A DNA stretch of 64,000 nucleotides, from contig NC_043015.1 of assembly GCF_006345805.1 (NCBI RefSeq), positions 31,744,001-31,808,000 of the forward strand, given 5' to 3'. The position numbers and the translations under genes were made by a program. How positions within the stretch are numbered: the stretch's first letter is position 1; each line of letters begins with the position of its first letter. Under the pieces are notes generated by a model that was given only the letters and a program-made list of their open reading frames with translations, did not search any database and was not told the origin of the DNA. Positions 24,651 to 37,426 of the stretch are shown piece after piece. Source of the DNA: Octopus sinensis. Lineage: Eukaryota.

Positions 24651-24883
24651 ATTTCTTTACTACCCACAAGGGGCTAAACACAGAGGGGACAAACAAGGAC
24701 AGACAAAGGGATTAAGTCGATTACATCGACCTCCAGTGCGTAACTGGTACTTAATTTATGGACACCGAAAGGATGAAAGGCAAAGTCGACCTCGGCGGAA
24801 TTTGAACTCAGAACGTAGCGGCAGATGAAATACGGCTACGCATTTCGCTTGGCGTGCTAACGTTTCTGCCAGCTCGCCACCTT
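24651..24883 (-). mobile_element. SINE family A, full length
   Basis: Reverse complement of the family-A consensus, inserted beside a (CA)n tract and a family-B head. Confidence 0.85.
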
Positions 24884-25521
24884 CCAAACAGACAGACAGA
24901 TAGATAGATAGATATACATATATACATACATATATGCAAGCTAGACATAGGAGTGATACCCCAATGGAGTACTGCAGTATGATTTCAAGGACAGCCTGCC
25001 AGATATTACCTGCTATCTATGTCTTAATTTCTTTGTCAGTAAATTTAAACATAAACAAGCTGTACATAAGCAAGAACCTGAAGAAATCAGGGAATAAAAA
25101 TAACGGTTTTAGATAATGAGCCCCCCCCCCCCCCGCAATGATTTAGGGTATGGTCAGAGATAGAATCAGATGAGAGATGAGACATATGTCTAGGGGCTAA
25201 ATAGGGGTGGGGTGGGGTGGCAGTGAGGGATTTAAACAAATAATAAGTAATGTGGACTGTGTGTATGAGGGGTGTAGAATGGAAAGGTGAGAGAAAGAAG
25301 ATGAGGGAGAGAGAGCATGGAAGAATGAATGAGGCAGTGTGGTGTGGTGGATGGAGAGAAAGGGGAGGAGAAACAAACAGACAGAGGGCCTTCAGGAGTG
25401 TGTGCAAGTGTGTGCATCTACATGTCCATATGCATGTGTGTGAGTGGTTTGGCGTTCGGTTTAAGTATGTAAAAAGTGTGAAGTTTAAACCACAAAGAAT
25501 TTATACAAATAAAGTATAAAG

Positions 25522-25786
25522 AGAATCAGAATCAAAATCGAAATTGATCAACATCAATGGAAATTGTAGCTGTGATACCAGTGCCGGTGGCACATATAAA
25601 GCACCATCCGACTGTGGCTGTTTGCCAGCCCCGTCTGGCACATAAAAAGCACCCACTACACTCACGGAGTGGTTGGCGTTAGGAAGGACATCCAGCCGTA
25701 GAAACATTGTCAGATCAGACAGACCCCAGTTGAACCGTCCAACCCATGCCAGCATGGAAAGCGGACGTTAAACGATGATGATGATG
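25522..25786 (+). mobile_element. Non-LTR retroposon 3' end with (GAT)n tail (family C; RTE-related by inference)
   Basis: Ends tccaacccatgccagcatggaaagcggacgttaaac(gat)n. Related copies lie at 28251-28386 (+), 36994-37240 (-), 38985-39340 (-), 46444-46615 (-) and about 51235-51400 (-). Confidence 0.7.
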
Positions 25787-26404
25787 AAAGTATTTAATGG
25801 TAGCAAAGTGTCAGATTTTTGTAAAAAGGGTCAATAATAGTGAAAGATTGGGAGACAATAACCGAAAGCAAAGCTGCATATACAAAAAAAAGGTAGAGAA
25901 AGAAAATAAAACAGAAACAACTTCCTCCATTAGTGCATTAGTAGACGAAACTAGGTTTAGAATTATACACTTCAGTTGAAGATGGAATTATTTATTAACT
26001 GAACTTCTCAGCTAAAGATAGCAGTTTGACATCGTAATGTTAGTACAAGTTGATACTAAGTAGCTGGAAGGTGATTATAACGATACTCGTGATGTCAATT
26101 GGTAGCTCTTTGTATCTTGTAAATTGCTTCGGTCATATTAAAAGCTTAAGAGTTAGTAAAATCAGTGCATGCATAAGAGTGTGTGTCTGTGCGTGTTGCG
26201 TATCTGTATGTTTTGGCATTAAAAAAATATGCAAACAAGAGGAGGGGGAGGGGATAAAAGTAATCAATATGAAATGTAAAGTTATTTTAGATATATTGAA
26301 AGCTGAAAACTTATTTGTTACTCTGAGTTTCCAATCTTTGGACAATTGTCTGAAGATCAAAAATGAGAAACTCTAACTATTAATAGTGCTCATATATATA
26401 TATA

Positions 26405-26569
26405 TCCTCTGTCTTCCCTTCTCTGGATCTTTCCTTCTCCTATGTTTCTGATGAAGAGCTCCGCTCGAAACGTTAAACCCTCCTCCTTTCCTTCTTTCCT
26501 GAGCGTCCAATAATACTATATTTGTTCCACGTCCTCGCGTTGTGTTTTTTTGTGCTTTCTTGTTTGGAT

Positions 26570-26575
<6 letters not shown>
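26405..26575 (+). mobile_element. Penelope-like element terminus between (TA)n tracts
   Basis: Carries the CTGATGA...CGAAAC signature in pyrimidine-rich flanks, which is typical of PLE pseudo-LTRs. No RT or GIY-YIG ORF is present. Confidence 0.6.
26444..26478 (+). ncRNA. Minimal type-I hammerhead ribozyme motif
   Basis: GUUU (stem I) CUGAUGA A GAGC-ucc-GCUC (stem II) GAAAC GU U AAAC (stem I'). Stem III is only the ACGU palindrome, and cleavage is predicted after 26474. Confidence 0.65.
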
Positions 26576-26608
<33 letters not shown>

Positions 26609-27155
26609 AATGCGTCCTTTTAAAGCCTAGCCAGGCTCATGAACCCAGTTTCCTGGTTTGTATGGCGTACATGTTCCCCAGCATTCAGATTATTGTCAAA
26701 TGTAATGCTTATTTCTTCACATTGTTTTGAATTTATCATATGCTATCTTGTAGCTTCAAGATTTTGATGATGTGACTGTTTATTTTTAGAATGACATTGT
26801 AGGGTAGATTTGAGAGGCCTGATCTGTCCAGTTTAAACATAAAACAGGGAGAATATTTGGGCCTGATATAGCTGTTTTGAATACTAAAGAGTTAAGTGGA
26901 ATTAGATAGATGGAATCTGTACAGAAGTCCATCATACAGATAGTTGTTCTGGGGTGTTAGACTCAATCCATTGCCTGGTTTAAAATCACCATCTGACCCT
27001 TTGAATGCCTTTAGTGATGTCCACTCTGTTGTAAGCATTCAAACTAGGTCTCAGGCCTAAGGACAACTATCTTTCTTCCCTCCTACCAGTCATCAAGGCT
27101 CTGAAAAAGTCACAGTTGCTAACCTTCCCACTCTGACTAAGTCATACTCTCTTTC

Positions 27156-27371
27156 TCTTTTACTCTCTTTTACTTGTTTCAGTCATTTGACTGCGGCCAT
27201 GCTGGAGCACCGCCTTTAATCAAGCAACTCGACCACGGGACTTATTCTTTTGTAAGCCCAGTACTTATTCTATCGGTCTCATTTGCAGAACCGCTAAGTA
27301 ACGGGGACATAAACACACCAGCATCGGTTGTCAAGCAATGCTAGGGGGACAAACAGACACACAAACACACA

Positions 27372-27423
<52 letters not shown>

Positions 27424-27589
27424 TACAACAGGCTTCTTTCAGTTTCCGTCTACCAAATCCACTGACAAGGCTTTGGTCGGCCCGAGGCTATAGTAGAAGA
27501 CACTTGCCCAAGGTGCCACGCAGTGGGACTGAACCCGGAACCATGTGGTTGGTAAACAAGATACTTACCACACAGCCACTCCTACGCCT
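27156..27589 (-). mobile_element. tRNA-derived SINE family B (about 420 bp, internal (TA)n(TG)n), full length
   Basis: Head aggcgtaggagtggctgtgtggtaag...ttccgggttcagtcccactg (A/B boxes), CORE-like ccttgggcaagtgtcttc, internal microsatellite and tail gactgaaacaagtaaaagag repeats. Confidence 0.85.
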
Positions 27590-28174
27590 ATATATTCTTT
27601 CTTTCAAACATACAATGTAGGATTCATGCCTGGAACCTAGGAATACCGAAAACAATCTGGTCGGTTTTTTATAGTTAGAAAGTGAAGTGCCATGCTCAGC
27701 GCCAGTAGTGCACAGAACAGCAGACGGTTATGCAATATTCCAGTTCTTCGTTCCTCTTCGACAAAACAATGATTCCATCAAACTTTTAATGTCTATTATA
27801 TATTCACTAAACCGTTTATAAATTTGAAGAAATCATAGAAGCATGTTCCTTCAACTGGAAAACATCTGAAATTGGCAATTAAATGGAAGAGCTGGGCTAT
27901 CAGAGGATGATGAATGCAGCAGTTATTAAACAACAAAGTAATCGCATGTGTTTTACATTGACGCCTTTCTTTAATTGACCAATTTGAAGATATTCCATCC
28001 AAGATAGTCTATTGTCAGAGAGGCCAGCTTGGTATGTCAGTAAGTAATTTTCCCATGTTTAATGGAATAATTACAAACTGATCACATCTTAGAACACTTA
28101 ATAATTACCATTGCATTAAGTTTATTGATTCTGTATATTAGAAGGGAAATCGTTACTTGATATATAAATATATA

Positions 28175-28386
28175 TAGCATGGGTTGGACGATTTGGCTGA
28201 TGTCTGGCGAACCAGACTTCAATCTGATCTGGCAGAGTTTCTACAGCTGGTTGGCATTAGGAAGGGCATCCAGCTGTAGAAACTCTGCCAGATCAGATTG
28301 GAGTTTGGTTCGCCAGACCTCAGCCAAATTGTCCAACCCATGCTAGCATGGAAAGCGGACGTTAAATGATGATGATGATGATGATG
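28175..28386 (+). repeat. Family-C retroposon end with a 76-bp inverted duplication
   Basis: Arms 28175-28250 and 28270-28345 match at 72 of 76 positions, with a 19-nt spacer. Confidence 0.9.
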
Positions 28387-28604
28387 AAAGAATGTAGGAA
28401 CAGAGATTGAGAAACATGGACAGCCACTACAAAAATATTGGAATTGATAACATTTTGTTTCACACATTTCATCCTTTTGGGGATTAATGAAATAAGTACC
28501 AGTTATGCACTGGAGTCAATGTAACTGACTTATCCCCTCCCCCAAAATTTCAGGCCTTGTGTTTATAGTGGAAAAGATTAAATTATTATTATCGAGCTGG
28601 TAAA

Positions 28605-29250
28605 GGTGGTGAGCTGGCAGAATCGTTAGCCCGTCGCTACGTTCTAAGTTCAAATTCCACTGAGGTTGACTTCGTCTTTCATCCTTTTGGGGTTGATAAA
28701 TTAAGTACCAGTGAAATACTGGGGTCTATGTAATCAACTAGTCCCCTCACCCAAATGTCAGGCTTTGTGCCTTTAGTAGAAAGGATTATCATTATTGAGT
28801 TCAAATTCCGCTGAGGTCGACTTCGTCTTTCATCCTTATGGGGTTGATAAATTAAGTACCAGTGAAATACTGGGGTCTATGTAATTGACTAGTCCCCTCA
28901 CCCAAATGTCAGGCTTTGTGCCTTTAGTAGAAAGGATTATCATTATTGAGTTCAAATTCCACTGAGGTTGACTTCGTCTTTCATCCTTTTGGGGTCGATA
29001 AAATAAGTACCAGTGAAATACTGGGGTCTATGTAATTGACTGGTCTTCTCCCCACAAATGTCAGGCTTTGTGCCTTTAGTAGAAAGGATTATCATTATTG
29101 AGTTCAAATTCCGCTGAGGTCGACTTTACCTTTCATCCTTTCGGGGTCAATAAAATAAGTACCAGTTGAACACTGGGGTCAATGTGATCAACTTAACCCC
29201 TTTCCCCAAAATTGCTGGTCTTGTGCCAAAATCTGAAACCATTATTGTTA
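28605..29250 (+). repeat. Head-to-tail array of four ~151-bp family-A SINE units (tail 2)
   Basis: CAAATTCC recurs at 28651, 28802, 28953 and 29105. The junction aaaggattatcattattgagttc is repeated three times. Confidence 0.9.
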
Positions 29251-29470
29251 TTCTTAATCTTATTATTATGAAGATGACATGCTGGCAGACAGAGTTGGAC
29301 GAAACGCTTGGCAGCTTTTTGCCTGTCTCTATGTTCTGAGTTCAAATTCTACAGGGGCCAACTTTGCCTTTCATCCTTTTGGGGTTGATGGAACAAGTAA
29401 AACATAGGTCCAGCTTCTCATAAAGGATCAGGGTTGATTTTGAGAGACTTTTTTAAAAAATAAAAAAACA

Positions 29471-29883
29471 AGGCGCAGGAGTGGCTGTGTGGTAAGTAGC
29501 TTGCTAACCAACCACATGGTTCCGGGTTCAGTCCCACTGCATGGCACCTTGGGCAAGTGTCTTCTGCTATAGCCCCGGGCCGACCAATGCCTTGTGAGTG
29601 GATTTGGTAGACGGAAACTGAAAGAAGCCCGTCGTATATATGTATATATATATGTGTGTGCGTGTATGTTTGTGTGTCTGTGTCTGTCCCCCTAGCATTG
29701 TTTGACAACCGATGCTGGTGTGTTTACGTCCCCGTCACTTAGCGGTTCGGCAAAAGAGACCGATAGAATAAGTACTGGGCTTACAAAAGAATAAGTCCCG
29801 GGGTCGAGTTGCTCGATTAAAAGCGGTGCTCCAGCATGGCCGCAGTCAAATGACTGAAACAAGTAAAAGAGTAAAAAGAGTAA
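29471..29883 (+). mobile_element. SINE family B, full length
   Basis: Same architecture as 27156-27589. Other copies or fragments lie at about 1440-1585, 12185-12560, 16715-17100, 19735-19885, 20598-20945, 23200-23560, 32597-33490 and 34818-35107. Confidence 0.85.
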
Positions 29884-29978
29884 GTGAGTTTTATACCATC
29901 GAATGCTGCAAATCTGAAAGCCATTAAACCAAGGATTTGATATATATACAAATATATATAAACTGTGGGTGTATATGT

Positions 29979-30011
<33 letters not shown>

Positions 30012-30401
30012 AGGGAGTGTTATTCATGATACCACATCATATGTTTAGAGTAACAAGTGTAAGAAAAAGGGAATTTATAGAAATAAGCATTCATGTTTTT
30101 TTTGTTTGTTTGTTATGCTTTTTGTTTTTTTTTTTGTCGAAGAGACAAAATTTGAAGCTTTGCTTGTTATCAGTTTAATGGTAAACTACATCTGAGGAGA
30201 ACCGGTTCCTTTGAAGTTTCCGAGTTCTGACAATCTTGGTTAATGAACTTCTATATCGTTCATTATGTCTTAAGATTTCTTTTGAAAGAAAAGAAAATGT
30301 AAAAATAATGAGTTTCTTCAAAATAAGAATTGAAAAAATAAAACGGAATATAAAGAAAAGAAAATGGAAACACATGTGTTTGTGCATATGTGTGTATGTG
30401 C

Positions 30402-30404
<3 letters not shown>

Positions 30405-30454
<50 letters not shown>

Positions 30455-30722
30455 TAGATAGATAGATAGATAGATAGACAGATATATATACATATATGTA
30501 CATACATATATATACACACATACGTACACATACATATTACATACATATATACATACATATATATATACATACATATACATATACATACATATACATACAT
30601 ATATATATACATACATACATATATACATATACATATATATACATACATATATACATATACATATATATACATACATATATACATATACATATATATACAT
30701 ACATATATACATATACATATAT

Positions 30723-30759
<37 letters not shown>

Positions 30760-30780
30760 TACATACATACATACATAAGT
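30405..30780. repeat. Compound microsatellite (TA)n-(GATA)n-(TACA/TATA)n
   Basis: Seen directly; it accounts for the YI/YM-repeat ORFs. Confidence 0.95.
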
Positions 30781-30928
30781 GTAACTGTCCGAAATTGTCA
30801 TGACTTCTGGTACTTGACTGAAGAAAGAAAGCCAAGAATGACCCGTCTTTTTTTACCTGTCCTTCTTTGTGTCATTTATCTGTCCTTATGTTTTAATGCC
30901 CTCTATTGTGTTTTTGTTCCATTTATAA

Positions 30929-31240
30929 ATGGCTTAGTTGGTAGGGCATTCGGCTCACAATCGTAAGATCATAAGTTCAATTCCCAGTAAGGTGTTGTGT
31001 CCTTGAGCAAGACACTTTATTTCACATTTCCACAGTTCACTCAGCTGGCAAAAATGAGTAGTACCTGTATTTCAAAGGGCCAGCCTTGTCACACTCTGTG
31101 TCATGCTGAATGTCTCTGAGAACTATATTAAGGGTACATGTGTTTGTGAGGTGCTCAGCCACTTGCACGTTAATTTCAGGAGCAAGCTGTTCTGTTGATC
31201 ATATCAGCTAGGACCCTTGTCGTCATAACTGACGGAGTGC
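30929..31240 (+). mobile_element. SINE with a CORE-like head (ccttgagcaagacact) and the family-D type-1 tail
   Basis: From GTACCTGTATTTCAAAGGGCC (31061) onward it aligns with 19349-19527. The upstream half differs. Confidence 0.75.
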
Positions 31241-31289
31241 TTAGCAATACCAATATATATGTATATATATATACATATATATATATATC

Positions 31290-31700
31290 TCAATGATCCT
31301 GCTCAGTTGGTAACATGTCTAAGTCCTCCATGACGGGTAAATGTTCCACAGTGTATAGTGTGCTGTCCAAGATGAGCTTCCTTGGAATAAATGTTCGTTT
31401 AATGTTCCAACCATCTCTCCAACTGCTCTCTTTTGCCTTTGATGACCTCCCCTGTTCTGGATTGGAGTGGAGCTATCTTGCTCCGGGATGGGCTGATGGC
31501 TTTCCTTCATGCTCACCTCAAACAAGTCCTGTGTCATTCTTTGCCTCCACCCAAAGGCCCTGAATACAATTCTTGGATTTTGTCCCCGAGAGAATCCTAT
31601 TTCTGCTGAATATTACCTTCTGGTGAATCTGCAAGGAGGGCATCCAATAGTGACTTGAGGAACGCATTCTGTAATGAAATCATTCTATTCTTCCAGTCTC
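31290..31700 (-). mobile_element. Degenerate RTE-clade LINE ORF fragment (linker between endonuclease and RT)
   Basis: Minus-strand peptides RWLEH and TVEHLPVMEDLDMLPTEQ resemble the RTE/BovB-type RWxEHYxxL...LPVMEELDxxPT linker. Stops and frameshifts are present. Confidence 0.65.
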
Positions 31701-32021
31701 AAGTTGAATTCCAACTGTTGGACAATTTGTCCCTAAGTTCTTATCTCAACATAAAATTAACGAAGTGAATGTCATTTATCTCCCCCTTGAACTCTGACAT
31801 CCTCCAACCAAGATGGCATGAAGCAGCCAAGCTTTACCTGCTAGAAATAGCAACCCAAATGCTTTTAAATCAGATCCCAATGCTGGATGTTCAAGAACCA
31901 AATGAAGGGCAAATTTTCAATCCTGAGATCATCCTGATTCCAAAAAAGGTAATAATATATCTATGTAGAGCAAATGTTGATGAAATACAGGGGTTCCAGA
32001 TGGAGAGACAGAATTTCGCTT

Positions 32022-32082
<61 letters not shown>

Positions 32083-32241
32083 GAAAGAACCACCTTTTAT
32101 CAATTCAAAATGAACAATTAAATTACAATTTCTAATTTATATATATATATATATTATATATTATATTGTGTGAAATTTGATTTAGGATTTCTAAATTGAA
32201 TTTTTTCCCTGTAAGTTAGGATTAATATTCCCTCAAATAAT

Positions 32242-32294
<53 letters not shown>

Positions 32295-32773
32295 TATTTA
32301 ACACAAATAACAATGTATATAAATATATACATACATACACACACATATTTATCATAAATAATGTATATAAATTGACAAAAATAGACACAGTTGCAATAAG
32401 ACTACTAACACACACACACACACACACACACGCAGTGGTCATATGATGGCTAATACACTCTTCCCATAAACTAATTTCCCTTAAGAGCAAAAAGATTTGC
32501 ATAAACTGTGACCAAAGAACTCGTCAGCATCTTTACTGTCAATTTAATATTAAAACACAAAATACAACAGATTCAATGAAACCACAGGAGAAACTAGGTG
32601 CAGGCGTGGCTGCGTGGTAAGAAGTTTGTTTCCCAACCACAGGATCTCAGGTTCAGTCCTACTGCATGACTCCTTGGGCAAGTATCTTCTATAACCTTTG
32701 GCTGTGTGAGTGGATTTGACAGACAGACAGAAAGAAGCCTGTTGAGCATATACATATATATAAATATATATAT

Positions 32774-33052
32774 GTGGAGGCGCAATGGCTCAGTGGTTAG
32801 GACAACAGACTCGCGGTTTCAATTCCCAGACCAGGCGTTGTGTGTGTTTATTGAGTTTAAACACCTAAAGCTTCACGAGGCTCCGACAGGGGGTGGTGGC
32901 GACCCCTGTTGTAGTCTTTCGCCACAACTTCCTCTCACTCTCTCTTCCTGTTTCTTGAGTAACGCTGCGATGGGCTGGTGTTCCGTCCAGCTGGAGGAAC
33001 ACACACGCCACAGAAACAGGGCCCATGAGCCTGGCTAGGCTTGAAAAGGGCG
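32774..33052 (+). mobile_element. SINE family D head with tail type 3, nested in the internal (TA)n of a family-B SINE
   Basis: The head matches 19158. The family-B 5' half is at 32597-32770 and its 3' half resumes at about 33260-33490. Confidence 0.75.
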
Positions 33053-35518
33053 ATGTTTAATCATTTTATATATATATATATATATTTATTGAGCTGTTAA
33101 TTCCTACACACTTTTTCTCCCTTTTTTTCCCCCTCTCAATCCTTTCTGTTGAAGAGCCAGGCTCAAACTCAAAACCTCAAAGACTTTTCTATTCTTCCTG
33201 AGCATCAAACAAATACACCTGCTGGTTGTTCCCTCACCTGTCTTTGTCTTTTGTTTTCTGTAAATTTGAACTATATATGTTTGTGTTTGTTCCCCCCCCC
33301 CCCCCCACACCACTTGACAACTAGTGTCGGTTCGTTTACAGCCCTGTAAATTAGCAGTTCAGCAAAAAGAGATTGAATAGGTTACCAGGCTTAAAAGCAT
33401 AAGTACCGAGGTTGATTTGCTCGACAAAACCATTCAAGTTGGTACCCCAGCATGGCCACAGTCCAATGACTGAAACAAGTGAAAGATAAAAAAAAACTCA
33501 GAGAGTGTATGGTTAGTTGGGTGTGAGAGGGTGGCAGGACCCCTATACACAGCACCAGATAAATCCCATGGGAAAAAATTGATATAATCGTTAAGAGTTG
33601 TTTAAAAAGGACAGTTTAATAATATTTAAATATCTGAGGTCATTGTTGCTTAACCCCAGGCCAACTCTGAGCCAACAGACCTATGACCAAAGCAGTCCAG
33701 TCATGGCTACCCTATTTGAGGTATTCTGAATTACTTATCCCAAATACCGTTAATTTTTTTTTTCTCTTTTAAATGGCAGGGTGTGATTTGAGGGGAACCT
33801 GGTTGCTGTTTTTAGCATGTCCAACAACCGACAAGAAGCTTCTTTAACTCAAGAACAACTGAGGTTTCGGTATGGTATGAAGCGGAACAGCTGATGTAAG
33901 CTTGGGTGTCTTTGTATGTGCATACATAAAAAACAGTGAAAGGGGTGTCTGTGTGTGTGTCTGAGAGAGAGAGAGAGAAAGGGAGAGAGAACAGATGATT
34001 GTCTACGTTGTGTAAAAGAGAGTAAGAGTAGATGTGTAGATGAACATGATACAATGTGTATGTTTATGATTGTGTGTCCATATCTATGTGAAAGAATAAC
34101 AATGTGTGAGTGTGTATGAGAGAGAGAGAGAGAGCGAGAGAGATTGAGATTATCTTCATTTTACCGTCCACTTTCTGATACATTCATGGGTCCAACAAAA
34201 TTTATTGAGGATATGTTTTTGGCAGGGTGCCCTTCCAATCACCAACATTTACCTATTTACAAGCAAAGCAATATTTCCTCCATGGCCAGATATGATTTCA
34301 TAGAATAATTGAAACAATCATGTGATGTCAAGACGAGGAGACACACATACACCACCAGCTTCTTTCAGTTTCCATCTACCGAATCCACTCGCAAGGCTTT
34401 TGTTGGCCTGGAGCTATATAGTAAAAGACACTTGCCCAAGGTGCTGTGCAGTGGGACTGAACCTGGAATCATGTGGCTGGGAGCAAACATGTTTTTATAG
34501 CAAACGTAATGACATTGCCTATGTGGCGTCATTTTACATTCCCATGTAAACACTTTCGAGACACAAAAGGGCAAGAAACACACAAACACAAAACACTACA
34601 CAAACGATGAGCCCTTATTCAGTTCCTGTCAACAAATTTAACTCACAAGATTTTGGTTACTCAAGGCCAACAGTAGGCTGACACTTGCTCACGGTACCAC
34701 ATAGAAGGAACGAACCCAAAATCACATGGCTGCAAAGCAATCTTCTTAACCACACAGCTATGCTTGTGACTTACACACACGCACACACACACACACACAC
34801 ACATATCTATACCATTTATCTTTTACCTGTTTCAGTCATTTCAGTCAATCCCCTTTGTTGAACTGCTAAGTTACAGGGACGTAAACACACCAACACCAGT
34901 TGTCAAGCAGTGGTGGGGGGGAGACAAACACAGACACACACACACACACATATACGACGGGCTTCTTTCAGTTTCCATCCACCAAATCCACTCACAACGC
35001 TTTGGTCGGCCTGAGACTATAGTAGAAGACACTTGCCCAAGGTGCCATGCAAAGGGACTGAACCCAGAACCATGTGACTGGGAAGCAAGTCTCTTACCAC
35101 ACAGCCGTGTATGTGTGTGTGTGTGTGTGGGTGTGTGTGTGTGTGTGTATATAATTTGACGATATAAGTATCAGAATGGGCCAGAAAAAGCAACAGGTCC
35201 CAGTGGAAATAACAAATCGGATATCTATCCCTTTCTGCGAGACTGTTATATGAACACCAGAGACCACTCACCAGGGTAATGACAGCATTTATGTTCGCAA
35301 TAAGTATATGTAGGCATGTAAGTACATAGATTAACATTATTTAACCCCGGGTTGACATAAGCGAAGCAGACCATTTTGGTCCTGACTATCTTGCCTGTTT
35401 GTATACCCGAAGCAACACCAAGGCAGTAGTGTGTAATTTGGTGGCTATTTCTAGCAAGTCAATTGATCATGTAGAGACTCCCTCGATGACTTAAACAGGT
35501 ACTCCCTATCTGGCTCAA

Positions 35519-35561
<43 letters not shown>

Positions 35562-35665
35562 GGAGTAAACACATAAATGTGAAACAAGGTGGAAAAAAGA
35601 GTACTCAAATACCAGTGGTAGAGTAGGTTTTGTTGAATTTTCTACTGCTTTAAATAAAGTATATA

Positions 35666-35711
<46 letters not shown>

Positions 35712-36205
35712 TGTGTGTGTGGATGTGAGAATTTGTGTACACATATAAACCTACTTCTGCCCTTATTAGAACCCTTTCGACAACCAAATATAAATAAAAG
35801 GAGAGCAAGAAAAATATATATTCGAGAAGGAGAGAGAGGAGGAAAGAGAGAGAAAGATAGGAAAAGAGAAGGGGGAAAGCCCCCAAAGTTGGTACTACCT
35901 CATGTTGCTGTGTAACTCCTTATTGCCCGAAATCCAACAAATCCTATGTACAGCTGTGCTGACGCAGGACAGGCACCATTTAGTTGCAGCTGCCGTTTTG
36001 TACCGTTGTTGGCAATACTGTGTTGCCATTCAATAACCAGAGTTGTAATGAGAGAGAGAGAGAGAGAGGAAGTGTGAGACAGAGAGAGAAGGGAAGGAAG
36101 GAAGGAAGGAAGGAAGGACATAAAGGCGAAAATAAAAAGGGGTGTGTAGAGTATACACGGGTGGAAGAGAAAGGTGGTGAGAAAGAGGCGGACAAACGAG
36201 TCACC

Positions 36206-36239
<34 letters not shown>

Positions 36240-37363
36240 CAGTGGTCATAGGTGAGAAAGAGAGAAATGTAGAGAGAATGAGTGGGAGAGAAAAACCGGA
36301 AGAAGGAGAGAGAGAGAGAGAGAGAACAATGCTTAGGTGAAGAAAGAAAGGAGAGAGAGAAAAATAAAAACAAAATAACGAAGGAAGAACAGCAATAGAG
36401 GAAAATAATCGATCGATAAACTTGATGTGGGTGGTGAGTAGTAGTGGCAGTGATGATGGCAAAAGAGAGGGTGGTTGGTCTTGACGATGATGCTGATGGT
36501 GGTGGTGGTGGTGGTTGTAGTGGTGTTGCTGGTGGTGGTGTTGGTGGTTGTAGACATTAGTTGTGGTGGTAATAGCAAGTGTTCTTTACACTGCACAAGT
36601 GGCATCAAACCAATCAGATCTTCGGCAGAGACGGAAATTTCAGAGACACACGGTTATTGGTTGGATCCAAACAACAAAGAGAGAAGAAGTGACAGCAACA
36701 ACAACAACCACAGCAGTAGTTCGATGATGGGAACCTACATGTAACTGCTTGACCTGTTAGAAATAGCAACCAAACTTTTCCTCGAATTACACTCTGCCGC
36801 TTTATAAAGAGGAAGGTCTCATTGGGTAACATAAGAGTCAAGACATTGATATATTGTGTCGGAAGAAACAAATTGTGAGCGATGGTGGTGGTGGTGGTGG
36901 TGAGGGGTCAATACCTTTGATTATAGATTTACTTGAGTAACAGGGGGGGGGGCAAAACAACAACAACAACAGTATCTATACCCATAACCACAACATCATC
37001 ATCATCATCGTTTAACGTCCGTTCTCCATGCTAGCATGGGTTGGACGGTGCAACTGGGGTCTGGGAAGCCAGGAGGCTGCACCAGGCTCCAGTCTGATCT
37101 GGCAGTATTTCTACAGCTGGATTCCCTTCCTAACGCCAACCACTCCGTGAGTGTAGTGGGTGCTTTTTACATGGGAACGGCACAGGTGCCAGGGGGAGGC
37201 TGGCAACGGCCATGATCGGTTGGTGCTTTTTACGTGCCTGCAACAATTACAAGAATAGCTACCAAGCCGAGTAACAACCAAAGTATGACAGATACAACTG
37301 CGACAGTAGGAAGATCAACAAGAAAAAAAAAAGATACCAAGATTAGAAAGAAACAAATAGAGA

Positions 37364-37426
<63 letters not shown>

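Noticed and set aside
28605-29250. Regularly spaced repeats as a CRISPR-like array
   Set aside because: The units are contiguous SINE copies with no unique spacers, there are no cas genes and the context is eukaryotic.
30190-30278. Possible minus-strand exon ([29 protein letters not shown])
   Set aside because: The acceptor is good but the donor is weak (GTAGTT), and there is no recognisable homology.
30175-30966. Long ORFs of 156-208 aa (YI/YM/HT repeats)
   Set aside because: They are stop-free frames of TA/TACA microsatellites with no coding signature.
33818-33895. + strand MSNN... resembling the human PAK1 start
   Set aside because: It is on the wrong strand, is only 25 codons long and begins inside repeat family G.
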